A DNA stretch of 58,661 nt from an uncultured Lachnospiraceae bacterium (GTDB lineage Bacteria > Bacillota > Clostridia > Lachnospirales > Lachnospiraceae). Positions 8,263 to 16,593 of the stretch are shown here, piece after piece. Each line of letters starts with the position of its first letter. The first letter of the stretch is position 1. The stretch lies in the NCBI GenBank assembly GCA_947631985.1, contig CANRNK010000001.1, positions 1 to 58,661 on the forward strand, in the 5' to 3' direction. The notes below the pieces were generated by a model. The model was not told where the DNA came from and ran no database searches. It saw only the letters and a program-made list of their open reading frames with translations. The position numbers and the translations under genes were made by a program.

Positions 8263-8940
8263 ATGAGAAAAATTAATTTACTTGGGATTCAACTTATGGA
8301 TTACACAACGAGAGAAGCACTTAAGATTACGAATCAGTATTTGAGTAATGGAGCGCTAAACACAATTTCTTTTGTGTCAACGCAGATTCTAGTTGAAGCA
8401 GGAGAACATCCTGAACAGAAAACCTGGATAGAAGATGTTGATTTGTCGATTTGTGATGAGCCCGACATTCTACATGCGTCTGGAAATGCAACAAGGAATC
8501 GACTAAAAGAAATTGAAGTTGGAGAATTTACGAAAGAATTTATATATAGGCTTGCAAGAAACCGAAAAAAGATTTATCTGCTGACAGATTCTGAGAAGCG
8601 TATGGAGCAGTTGAAATCGGAACTTCTGGCGATTCGGGATGATTTGTTAATTGTGGGGCAGAGAGTTCAGCCGGAGCTGGCAAAAGGGATTGAAGCACTC
8701 GCCAATGATATCAATGATGTGGTTCCTAATGTGATTATATCTAGATTCCCCTATCCTATTCAGGAGCAAATGATGTATGAAAATCGCAAGATGCTAAATG
8801 CAGATATCTGGATCGCACTTCCGGAACATAAGCTGGTACATACAGGGAAGCGAAGTAGATATGCAAAAATTCTGATGTTGTTCTACAAAAAGATGTTTAA
8901 GAAGAAATTGTCACAATATAATAATGAGAAAGCAGAATAA
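8263..8940 (+). CDS. divergent WecB/TagA/CpsF (GT26)-like protein
   Basis: ATG at 8263 follows GAAGGTGAGG. The overall layout (INLLGIQLMDYTTREAL..., KKIYLLTDSEKRMEQLKSEL, NVIISRFPYPIQEQ) parallels TagA-family proteins, but the Gly-rich family motifs appear substituted. Confidence 0.45.
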   Translation: MRKINLLGIQLMDYTTREALKITNQYLSNGALNTISFVSTQILVEAGEHPEQKTWIEDVDLSICDEPDILHASGNATRNRLKEIEVGEFTKEFIYRLARNRKKIYLLTDSEKRMEQLKSELLAIRDDLLIVGQRVQPELAKGIEALANDINDVVPNVIISRFPYPIQEQMMYENRKMLNADIWIALPEHKLVHTGKRSRYAKILMLFYKKMFKKKLSQYNNEKAE

Positions 8941-8959
8941 GAAACTTATTCTGCTTTTT
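8931..8959 (+). terminator. rho-independent terminator overlapping the stop codon
   Basis: AGCAGAATAA/TTATTCTGCT 10-bp stem, 5-nt loop, then TTTT. Confidence 0.7.
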
Positions 8960-9047
8960 GTATAGGTTGCACATGGAAGAAAATGACACTGGAATGTAAA
9001 AAAACAAAAAAATGCATAAAAATCACGAAATATGGTGTAGATTATTC

Positions 9048-9056
9048 TGTTATAAT
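9048..9056 (+). promoter_or_regulatory. candidate extended -10 promoter element for the PucR-like gene
   Basis: TGTTATAAT. The 14-mer TCTGTTATAATGTA also occurs at 8225-8238. Confidence 0.35.
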
Positions 9057-9147
9057 GTATTAAAATGGGTAAAGGGTGTAATAAAACGGTGGGGTAACAG
9101 TGCAACGAATGTTGTGATTATAGACAAAGAAAAAGGAGAGGGTATCC

Positions 9148-10233
9148 ATGATATCAAATCAGATTTTGCAGAATACGATTGAAGGCATGAAGGCGATTGC
9201 CAGAGTTGACTTCAGTGTAATTGACGCAGAGGGCAAAGCAATTGCGTCAACACTGGAGGAATCATCAAATCTTGAAGCAGCGGTGGTGGAATTTGCAAAG
9301 TCACCAGCAGACAGCCAGGAAGTTGCGGGGAATCAGTTTTTTAAAGTTTATGATGAAACACAATTAGAATATATTCTTGTTGTGGGGGGCTCGGGTGAAA
9401 ACTCTTACATGGTTGGAAAAATGGCAGCATTTCAGGTGCAGAATCTGCTAGTTGCATATAAAGAGCGTTTTGATAAGGATAACTTTATCAAGAACTTACT
9501 TCTTGACAATCTGTTGTTAGTTGACATCTATAGCAGATCCAAGAAATTGCATATCCAGACAGACATGAAGCGCGTTGTCATGATTGTGGAGACTGGTTCG
9601 GGCAAAGACAATAATGCATTAGAAGCAATCAGAGCAAATATTGGAAACAACAAGGATTTTGTTACAGCTGTAGATGAAAATAACGTGATTGTTGTAAAGG
9701 AACTCGCGGAGTATGAGTCCAGCCGCGAAATTGACAAAACAGCAAATGTAATCATGGAAATTCTTGTGAAAGAAAATATTGATAATGTACATATTTCTTA
9801 TGGTACGACTGTCAATGAAATCAAAGAGGTCAGCAGATCCTACAAGGAAGCAAAAATGGCGCTGGATGTTGGTAAAATTTTCTTTGATGAAAGAGATATT
9901 ATCGCTTATAGTGAATTGGGAATTGGCCGTCTGATTTACCAGTTACCAATTCCACTTTGCAGAATGTTTATAAAAGAAATTTTTGGTGGAAAAAGTCCGG
10001 ATGACTTTGATGAAGAAACACTCACAACCATTAACAAGTTCTTTGAAAACAGCCTGAATGTTTCAGAGACATCAAGACAATTATTTATCCATCGAAACAC
10101 GCTTGTTTACCGTCTGGATAAGCTTCAGAAAAGTACAGGTCTGGATCTTCGGATTTTTGAAGATGCAATTACGTTTAAGATTGCACTTATGGTAGTAAAG
10201 TACATGAAGTATATGGAAACTTTTGAATATTAA
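9148..10233 (+). CDS. PucR/CdaR-family transcriptional regulator
   Basis: AAGGAGAGGG RBS. The C-terminal HTH NVSETSRQLFIHRNTLVYRLDKLQKSTGLDL is typical of the PucR C-terminal domain. Confidence 0.7.
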   Translation: MISNQILQNTIEGMKAIARVDFSVIDAEGKAIASTLEESSNLEAAVVEFAKSPADSQEVAGNQFFKVYDETQLEYILVVGGSGENSYMVGKMAAFQVQNLLVAYKERFDKDNFIKNLLLDNLLLVDIYSRSKKLHIQTDMKRVVMIVETGSGKDNNALEAIRANIGNNKDFVTAVDENNVIVVKELAEYESSREIDKTANVIMEILVKENIDNVHISYGTTVNEIKEVSRSYKEAKMALDVGKIFFDERDIIAYSELGIGRLIYQLPIPLCRMFIKEIFGGKSPDDFDEETLTTINKFFENSLNVSETSRQLFIHRNTLVYRLDKLQKSTGLDLRIFEDAITFKIALMVVKYMKYMETFEY

Positions 10234-10308
10234 GGATAGGTGGATTTTTTGAAAACCAAAGAAAGTAAAAGACGTATTAGTAAAAAAAACAGGGCAGAGT
10301 CTGAGAAA

Positions 10309-10995
10309 ATGATTGTATTAGAAGATGTAAGCAAATCATATTCTACCGGTGCACCTGCCCTTTCCGGTGTTAATCTGACGATTAACAAAGGCGAGTTTGT
10401 ATTTGTTGTAGGGGATAGCGGTTCCGGGAAATCAACTCTCATTAAATTGTTGCTGCGAGAACTGACACCAACCACGGGGAAAGTACAGGTCAATGGGTAC
10501 GATGTTGGCAGATTAAAAAGAAGAAAAGTGCCAAAATTCAGAAGAAATATTGGTGTTGTATTTCAAGATTTTCGGTTACTGAAAGATTGGAATGTATACG
10601 AAAATGTTGCCTTTGCGCAGAGAATCATTCAGGTTCCAACCAGAGAAATCCGCAAAAACGTGCCTTCCATTCTTTCTACAGTTGGACTGGCAGGTAAATA
10701 TAAAGCCAAACCAAGGCAGTTGTCAGGTGGAGAACAACAAAGAGTTGCACTTGCAAGAGCACTGGTGAATCAGCCGCCGATTCTTCTGGCAGATGAACCG
10801 ACAGGGAACCTTGATCCAAAGAATTCCTGGGATATTATGAAATTACTCGAAGAAATCAACAAAGGTGGGACGACAGTGCTTGTAGTTACCCACAATCGTG
10901 AAATTGTTAATGCGATGCAGAAGCGGGTTATTACAATGAAAAAAGGTGTTGTAATCAGCGACGAAGAAAAAGGTGGGTATATCGATGAGGATTAG
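10309..10995 (+). CDS. ftsE: cell-division ABC transporter ATP-binding protein FtsE
   Basis: Walker A GDSGSGKST, signature LSGGEQQR, Walker B ILLADEPTGNLD. ATG at 10309 gives the usual ~228 aa; the 10240 start adds an atypical extension. Confidence 0.9.
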   Translation: MIVLEDVSKSYSTGAPALSGVNLTINKGEFVFVVGDSGSGKSTLIKLLLRELTPTTGKVQVNGYDVGRLKRRKVPKFRRNIGVVFQDFRLLKDWNVYENVAFAQRIIQVPTREIRKNVPSILSTVGLAGKYKAKPRQLSGGEQQRVALARALVNQPPILLADEPTGNLDPKNSWDIMKLLEEINKGGTTVLVVTHNREIVNAMQKRVITMKKGVVISDEEKGGYIDED

Positions 10996-11881
10996 TACAT
11001 TTTTTTATACCCTGAAGCAGGGTGTAATCAGTATCTTTAAAAACAAATGGTTTTCACTTGCTTCTGTTGCAACAATCAGTGCCTGTCTTTTTCTGTTTGG
11101 ATTGTTTTATGCAATTCTGGCGAACTTTCAACACATTGTAAAAACGGCAGAAGAAGGTGTCTCTGTTACAGTTTTCTTTGAAGAGGGAATTGAAGATGAC
11201 AGGATTGCTGAAATTGGTGAGATGATACAAAAGAGGGTTGAAGTTTCAAAGGTCACTTATGTTTCAGCAGAAGATGCGTGGAATTCGTTCAAAGATGAAT
11301 ATCTTGGAGAGTATTCTGATGGATTTACGGAGAATCCACTAGCTGATTCGGCGAACTATGAAATTTATCTGAAAGATGTCTCACTACAGGGAGATCTGGT
11401 CACATATCTTGAATCGGTAGAGGGAATCAGGCAGGTAAATAAATCGGAAATCACAGCAAACACACTTTCGGGAGTCAATGCATTAATTGGATATGTGTCC
11501 GTAGGAATTATTGCGATTCTGCTTTCGGTATCAGTCTTTTTGATTAGCAATACCGTTACCATTGGAATCTCTGTTAGAAAAGAAGAAATTGCGATTATGA
11601 AATATATTGGTGCGACAGATTTCTTTGTCAGATCACCGTTTGTAATAGAAGGAATTTTAATTGGTATGTTAGGCGCACTCCTTCCGCTCGGGATTATCTA
11701 TGTAATTTATAACAGAGTTGTTGAATATGTCATGGTTAAATTCCAGGTATTAACAACCCTTCTTAATTTTATGCCTGTTGAGACAATTTTTGCAACGCTG
11801 ATTCCTGTATCTATGGCACTTGGAATCGGGATTGGATTTGTAGGAAGTTATATTACCGTCAGAAGGCATCTGCGTGTATAA
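10985..11881 (+). CDS. ftsX: cell-division permease-like protein FtsX
   Basis: Overlaps the ftsE 3' end. AAAGGTGGG RBS before ATG 10985. N-terminal TM, extracellular domain, then three C-terminal TMs with MKYIGATDFFVR. Confidence 0.85.
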   Translation: MRISTFFYTLKQGVISIFKNKWFSLASVATISACLFLFGLFYAILANFQHIVKTAEEGVSVTVFFEEGIEDDRIAEIGEMIQKRVEVSKVTYVSAEDAWNSFKDEYLGEYSDGFTENPLADSANYEIYLKDVSLQGDLVTYLESVEGIRQVNKSEITANTLSGVNALIGYVSVGIIAILLSVSVFLISNTVTIGISVRKEEIAIMKYIGATDFFVRSPFVIEGILIGMLGALLPLGIIYVIYNRVVEYVMVKFQVLTTLLNFMPVETIFATLIPVSMALGIGIGFVGSYITVRRHLRV

Positions 11882-11900
11882 GGGATAAAGGGGAGTAAGT

Positions 11901-13133
11901 ATGAAACAATGGAAGGGCAAGAAAAACTTCATATTGGGAGTCGTAATTTGCCTGACTTTGATCCCTACGAGTACACAGATGGTCTGGGCTACAAATTATG
12001 ACAATATCACTTCGGACAGTATCAAAGAAAAGCAAAATCAGATTTCGCAGGTTCAGCAGGAGAAGACTGCGCTACAAAGTGGTTTGACAGATGTAAAAAA
12101 AATATTGGGCGAGTTAGAAAGTTCTAAAACGAACCTAAAGCAATATGTAACAAAGCTTGATTCTAGTTTGAACAGCATAGAAGAGAAACTGACGGAGCTA
12201 AAAGCACTCATTGAAAAGAAGCTTTCAGAAATTGAAACAACAAAAGCTGAGCTTAAGAAGGCCGAAGAGATTGAAAAAGCACAATATGAGGCAATGAAAG
12301 AAAGAATCCGATTTATGTACGAAAAAGGAGATAACTTTTACATAGAAATGATGCTTTCTGCGGAAAGCTTTGGGGAATTTTTAAACAAAGCAGACTATGT
12401 GAACATGTTATCTGAGTATGATAGAAATATGCTTCTTGAGTATAAAGCGACCCGTGAGGCAATTATACAATTTAAGGCAGAGTTAGAAGAAGAACAGGAA
12501 ATATTAGAAGAAGCAAGAGAAACTGCAGAAGAGGAAGAAGCTGCGATGGAATCTCTGATTCAGGCAAAGGAGCAGGAGATTAATCTCTACGAAGCAGATA
12601 TTTCCAATAAATCCCAGCTGGTTAAAGAATATGAGGCGGAGATAGCGGCACAGAATGCAACCATTGCCGCTCTTGAAAAAGCAGTAGCAGAAGAGAAAAA
12701 ACGAATCGCAGATGCAAATGGAAGCGTGAGGAAGTATGACGGAGGAACCTTTGCATGGCCAGCACCTTCCTATAAGAGAATATCCGATGACTATGGAAGC
12801 AGAATGCATCCTATCCTAAATGTGCAGCAGTTTCATAACGGAGTTGATATGGCAGCGCCCTCTGGCAGCCCGATTCTGGCTGCGTATGATGGAACGGTGG
12901 TACAAGCGGCATATAGCAGCACGATGGGTAATTACATCATGCTCGACCATGGTGATGGACTTTATACGATTTATATGCATGCATCTTCACTTGGTGTTTC
13001 AAAAGGGGCATCGGTAAGCAGGGGACAAAATATTGCAGCTGTTGGGTCAACCGGAAGATCAACGGGACCGCACTTGCATTTTAGCGTGCGACTGAATGGA
13101 AGTTATGTCAGCCCATGGAATTATTTGAAATAA
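11901..13133 (+). CDS. secreted coiled-coil M23 (LytM) peptidase, EnvC/PcsB-like FtsEX partner candidate
   Basis: Signal/TM segment, about 250 aa of heptad-rich E/K/Q sequence, then an M23 domain with intact HxxxD (FHNGVD) and HxH (GPHLHF). Confidence 0.8.
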   Translation: MKQWKGKKNFILGVVICLTLIPTSTQMVWATNYDNITSDSIKEKQNQISQVQQEKTALQSGLTDVKKILGELESSKTNLKQYVTKLDSSLNSIEEKLTELKALIEKKLSEIETTKAELKKAEEIEKAQYEAMKERIRFMYEKGDNFYIEMMLSAESFGEFLNKADYVNMLSEYDRNMLLEYKATREAIIQFKAELEEEQEILEEARETAEEEEAAMESLIQAKEQEINLYEADISNKSQLVKEYEAEIAAQNATIAALEKAVAEEKKRIADANGSVRKYDGGTFAWPAPSYKRISDDYGSRMHPILNVQQFHNGVDMAAPSGSPILAAYDGTVVQAAYSSTMGNYIMLDHGDGLYTIYMHASSLGVSKGASVSRGQNIAAVGSTGRSTGPHLHFSVRLNGSYVSPWNYLK

Positions 13134-13143
13134 AACGAGAGGC

Positions 13144-14394
13144 ATGGTTATCAAGATGGATATTCAGGAACTGGAGAGTGGAGGCAAAAAGTATTTCTGG
13201 CGGGGATTGGTGACTGGATTACTGATTGCAATCATGTTACTCTGTGGAGCGTATATTGGACAGAGAATGGTTGAAAATCGCTCTCTTGCGAGTACTTCCG
13301 AGGAGAGCAAAGAGAGTGTCGTAACAGATGAGTCGATAGAGAAAATGTATCTGTTACAACAGACAATTGACCAGTATTTTTTGGAAGAAGCAGATCCCGA
13401 ACTTTTATCGGAGGGAGCTTACAAAGGAATTATTGAGGCGCTTGATGATCCCTATTCAAGTTATTACTCTGTAGAGGAGCTAAAGGCAATTCAGGAACAG
13501 ACTCAAGGGATCTATTACGGAATAGGCGCCTATATTGGAATGGATAAGGATGTTGACATGGCTAGAATTTCCAAAGTTATGCCAGGCAGTCCAGCTGAAG
13601 AGAGCGGTCTTCTTGCAGGTGATTATATTTATATGGTTGGGGAAGCGTATGCGAAAGGGATGGAACTCGAAGAACTCATTTCCAAAGTAAAAGGACCTGA
13701 GAATTCAGTTGTGATGCTGACAATCCTAAGGGAAACAGAAGTGGAACCACTTGAAATAGAAGTGACGCGCAAGAAGATTGAAAGTCCTACCATTACGCAT
13801 GAAACGTATGAAAACGGAATTTCCTATATTCAGATTACGGAGTTTGACGAGATTACACTCGACCAGTTCACAGAAGCTCTGGCGGAAGAGAAAGCTGGAG
13901 GTATGAAAGGTCTGATTTTGGATTTGAGAGACAACCTGGGAGGAAATTTATCTACGGTAACAGAAATCGCAAGAAAAATTCTGCCGTCGGGCATCATTGT
14001 ATATACAGAAGACAAGTATGGCGAACGAGTGGAATACACCTGCGATGGTAAAAATGAGCTAATGGTCCCAATTGTTGTGCTGGTTAATGGAAATAGTGCA
14101 AGTGCTTCCGAAATCTTGGCAGGTGCAATTAAAGACTATAAGAAGGGTACACTGATTGGAACGACTACTTATGGAAAAGGCATTGTCCAAAGAATTATCT
14201 CGTTAAGTGATGGATCAGCGGTAAAACTGACTGTGAGTAGCTATTTCACACCGAATGGAAATAATATACATGAAGTTGGAATAGAGCCCGATGAGATACT
14301 GGAACTGGATGTTGAGGCATATGTGAACGAAAAGAAGGACAACCAGCTTGATCGGGCGTTAGAAGTCATGAATGAGCAAATAAAAGCCAATTAA
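13144..14394 (+). CDS. S41 carboxy-terminal processing peptidase (Ctp) with PDZ domain
   Basis: TM anchor, PDZ-like region (GSPAEESGLLAGDYI), catalytic NGNSASASEILAG and TYGKGIVQ motifs. Start is uncertain (13144 or 13156). Confidence 0.8.
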   Translation: MVIKMDIQELESGGKKYFWRGLVTGLLIAIMLLCGAYIGQRMVENRSLASTSEESKESVVTDESIEKMYLLQQTIDQYFLEEADPELLSEGAYKGIIEALDDPYSSYYSVEELKAIQEQTQGIYYGIGAYIGMDKDVDMARISKVMPGSPAEESGLLAGDYIYMVGEAYAKGMELEELISKVKGPENSVVMLTILRETEVEPLEIEVTRKKIESPTITHETYENGISYIQITEFDEITLDQFTEALAEEKAGGMKGLILDLRDNLGGNLSTVTEIARKILPSGIIVYTEDKYGERVEYTCDGKNELMVPIVVLVNGNSASASEILAGAIKDYKKGTLIGTTTYGKGIVQRIISLSDGSAVKLTVSSYFTPNGNNIHEVGIEPDEILELDVEAYVNEKKDNQLDRALEVMNEQIKAN

Positions 14395-14423
14395 TTTTAA
14401 ACTAAAAACGGTACTTAAAAAAG

Positions 14424-14465
14424 AGCATTCATTCTACGTGACAGGGTAGAATTTATGCTTTTTTT
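14424..14465 (+). terminator. rho-independent terminator after ctp
   Basis: AGCATTCATTCTAC / GTAGAATTTATGCT stem with a 2x2 internal mismatch, 8-nt loop, then TTTTTT. Confidence 0.65.
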
Positions 14466-14543
14466 GGTATTGAAGGATCTTATTTGACTTGTGGCAGGTT
14501 TTTATATTGCGTTATATTTATGTCTATACATTTCTGATATTTA

Positions 14544-14552
14544 TGATATACT
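14544..14552 (+). promoter_or_regulatory. candidate extended -10 promoter for uvrBA
   Basis: TGATATACT (TG-n-TATACT). Confidence 0.3.
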
Positions 14553-14563
14553 AGGAGGAAAGA

Positions 14564-14577
14564 CGAAAGTATGTTCG
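14564..14577 (+). promoter_or_regulatory. LexA-type SOS (Cheo) box upstream of uvrB
   Basis: CGAAAGTATGTTCG differs at one position from the Firmicutes consensus CGAAC-N4-GTTCG. It lies 27 nt upstream of the uvrB ATG and just downstream of the candidate -10. Confidence 0.6.
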
Positions 14578-14604
14578 AGTTTTCGGATGAAAAGGAGGTC
14601 GGTC

Positions 14605-16593
14605 ATGGATCATTTTGTGCTTCATTCAGAATATAGTCCAACAGGAGATCAGCCGCAGGCAATCGCTGAGCTGGTTGAAGGATTCCAGAAGGGAAACCAG
14701 TTCCAGACCCTGCTTGGCGTTACTGGTTCTGGTAAAACTTTTACGATGGCCAATATTATTGCAAAGATGAACAAACCAACTCTGATCATTGCACATAACA
14801 AGACACTTGCGGGTCAGCTCTATAGTGAGTTCAAGGAGTTTTTTCCGGAAAACGCAGTAGAATATTTTGTCTCTTATTATGATTATTATCAGCCAGAGGC
14901 ATATGTGCCCTCTTCAGATACTTATATTGCCAAGGATTCTTCCATCAATGATGAAATTGACAAGCTGAGATTGTCAGCAACGGCGTCGCTTTCTGAACGA
15001 AAAGATGTCATCGTCATTTCCAGTGTCTCCTGTATTTATGGAATTGGTAGTCCTGCTGATTATCAGAATATGATCGTATCACTGCGGCCGGGCATGACAA
15101 AAGATCGAGAGAACGTTTTAAGAGAACTAATTGAAATTCAATATGATAGAAATGACATGTCACTTGAGCGTGGATGCTTTCGAGTAAGAGGTGATGTTGT
15201 TGAAGTCTACCCAGCGACGGGTGGCGACTATTTAATCAGGATTGAGTTTTTTGGAGATGAAATTGATAGAATTGCAGAAGTAGAAGCACTGACAGGGAGA
15301 ATACATGCGGTACTCAACCATGTTGCGATTTTTCCAGCATCACATTATGTGGTTCCACAGGAGAAGATTAATACGGCATGTACTGCAATTGAGCAGGAAT
15401 TAGAGAGCAGAGTGCGTTATTTTAAGAGCGAAGATAAGCTACTGGAGGCGCAGAGAATTTCTGAAAGAACTAATTTCGACATTGAAATGTTGCGTGAAAC
15501 CGGATTCTGTTCTGGAATTGAGAATTATTCAAGGCATTTGAATTTTCTGGAGCCGGGCTCGACCCCGTTTACCTTGATTGACTATTTTGGCGATGATTTT
15601 CTGATTATGGTGGATGAGTCCCATATTACGATTCCACAGGTAAGAGGAATGCATGCTGGTGACAAATCAAGAAAAACGACCCTTGTAGAGTTTGGTTTTC
15701 GACTTCCTTCAGCGCTTGACAACAGACCGCTGGAATTCACAGAGTTTGAGAATCATATCGACCAGATGCTCTTTGTTTCGGCTACGCCGTCAGTCTATGA
15801 AGCGGAGCATGAACTGTTGCGGGCAGAACAGATTATCAGACCGACAGGACTGTTGGATCCGGAGATTGAAGTACGCCCTGTGGAAGGACAGATTGATGAC
15901 CTGATTGCTCAGATTAAAAAGGAGACCCAGAAGCATTTTAAAGTACTTGTGACAACCCTTACAAAAAAGATGGCAGAAGATCTGACAGAATACATGAAGG
16001 ATGTAGGAATCCGGGTGAAGTATCTTCATTCGGATATTGAGACGCTGGAACGTGCTGAGATCATAAGGGACATGCGCCTTGATGTGTTTGATGTACTGGT
16101 TGGAATCAATCTATTAAGAGAAGGTCTTGATATTCCGGAGATTTCGCTTGTAGCAATTCTGGATGCGGACAAAGAAGGTTTTTTGCGAAGTGCCACTTCT
16201 TTAATCCAGACAGTCGGAAGGGCAGCCAGGAACTCGGAAGGACATGTTGTGATGTACGCGGATCGCATGACCGATTCTATGATTAAGGCAATAGAGGAAA
16301 CGAAAAGAAGACGAAAAATCCAGCAGAAATATAATGAAGACCATGGAATTACACCGCAGACAATCAAAAAAGCAGTACGTGATCTAATCAGTATTTCGAA
16401 AAGTATTGCCAAAGAAGAAATGGAATTTGTAAAAGATCCTGAGTCGATGGACAAAAAAGAACTGGAAAAAGTAATTGCGGAAGTGAATAAAAAAATGAGA
16501 AAAGCGGCAGCGGATTTAAACTTTGAGGCCGCAGCAGAGTTACGTGATAAATTAGTGGAACTAAAAAAGACGATGGAGAGCCTAGACTCATGA
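14605..16593 (+). CDS. uvrB: excinuclease ABC subunit B
   Basis: AAGGAGG RBS before ATG 14605. [17 protein letters not shown], Walker [13 protein letters not shown] box, C-terminal UVR motif [15 protein letters not shown]. The 14491 start adds a non-homologous 38-aa extension. Confidence 0.95.
   Translation: MDHFVLHSEYSPTGDQPQAIAELVEGFQKGNQFQTLLGVTGSGKTFTMANIIAKMNKPTLIIAHNKTLAGQLYSEFKEFFPENAVEYFVSYYDYYQPEAYVPSSDTYIAKDSSINDEIDKLRLSATASLSERKDVIVISSVSCIYGIGSPADYQNMIVSLRPGMTKDRENVLRELIEIQYDRNDMSLERGCFRVRGDVVEVYPATGGDYLIRIEFFGDEIDRIAEVEALTGRIHAVLNHVAIFPASHYVVPQEKINTACTAIEQELESRVRYFKSEDKLLEAQRISERTNFDIEMLRETGFCSGIENYSRHLNFLEPGSTPFTLIDYFGDDFLIMVDESHITIPQVRGMHAGDKSRKTTLVEFGFRLPSALDNRPLEFTEFENHIDQMLFVSATPSVYEAEHELLRAEQIIRPTGLLDPEIEVRPVEGQIDDLIAQIKKETQKHFKVLVTTLTKKMAEDLTEYMKDVGIRVKYLHSDIETLERAEIIRDMRLDVFDVLVGINLLREGLDIPEISLVAILDADKEGFLRSATSLIQTVGRAARNSEGHVVMYADRMTDSMIKAIEETKRRRKIQQKYNEDHGITPQTIKKAVRDLISISKSIAKEEMEFVKDPESMDKKELEKVIAEVNKKMRKAAADLNFEAAAELRDKLVELKKTMESLDS

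Noticed and set aside
14491-14604. N-terminal extensions offered by the ORF track for uvrB. The same occurs at 5294, 10240, 30061, 31546, 42368, 43534, 45619, 46751 and 51441.
   Set aside because: The extensions overlap upstream genes, terminators or promoters and add non-homologous residues. Internal ATGs with good RBSs restore canonical N-termini.
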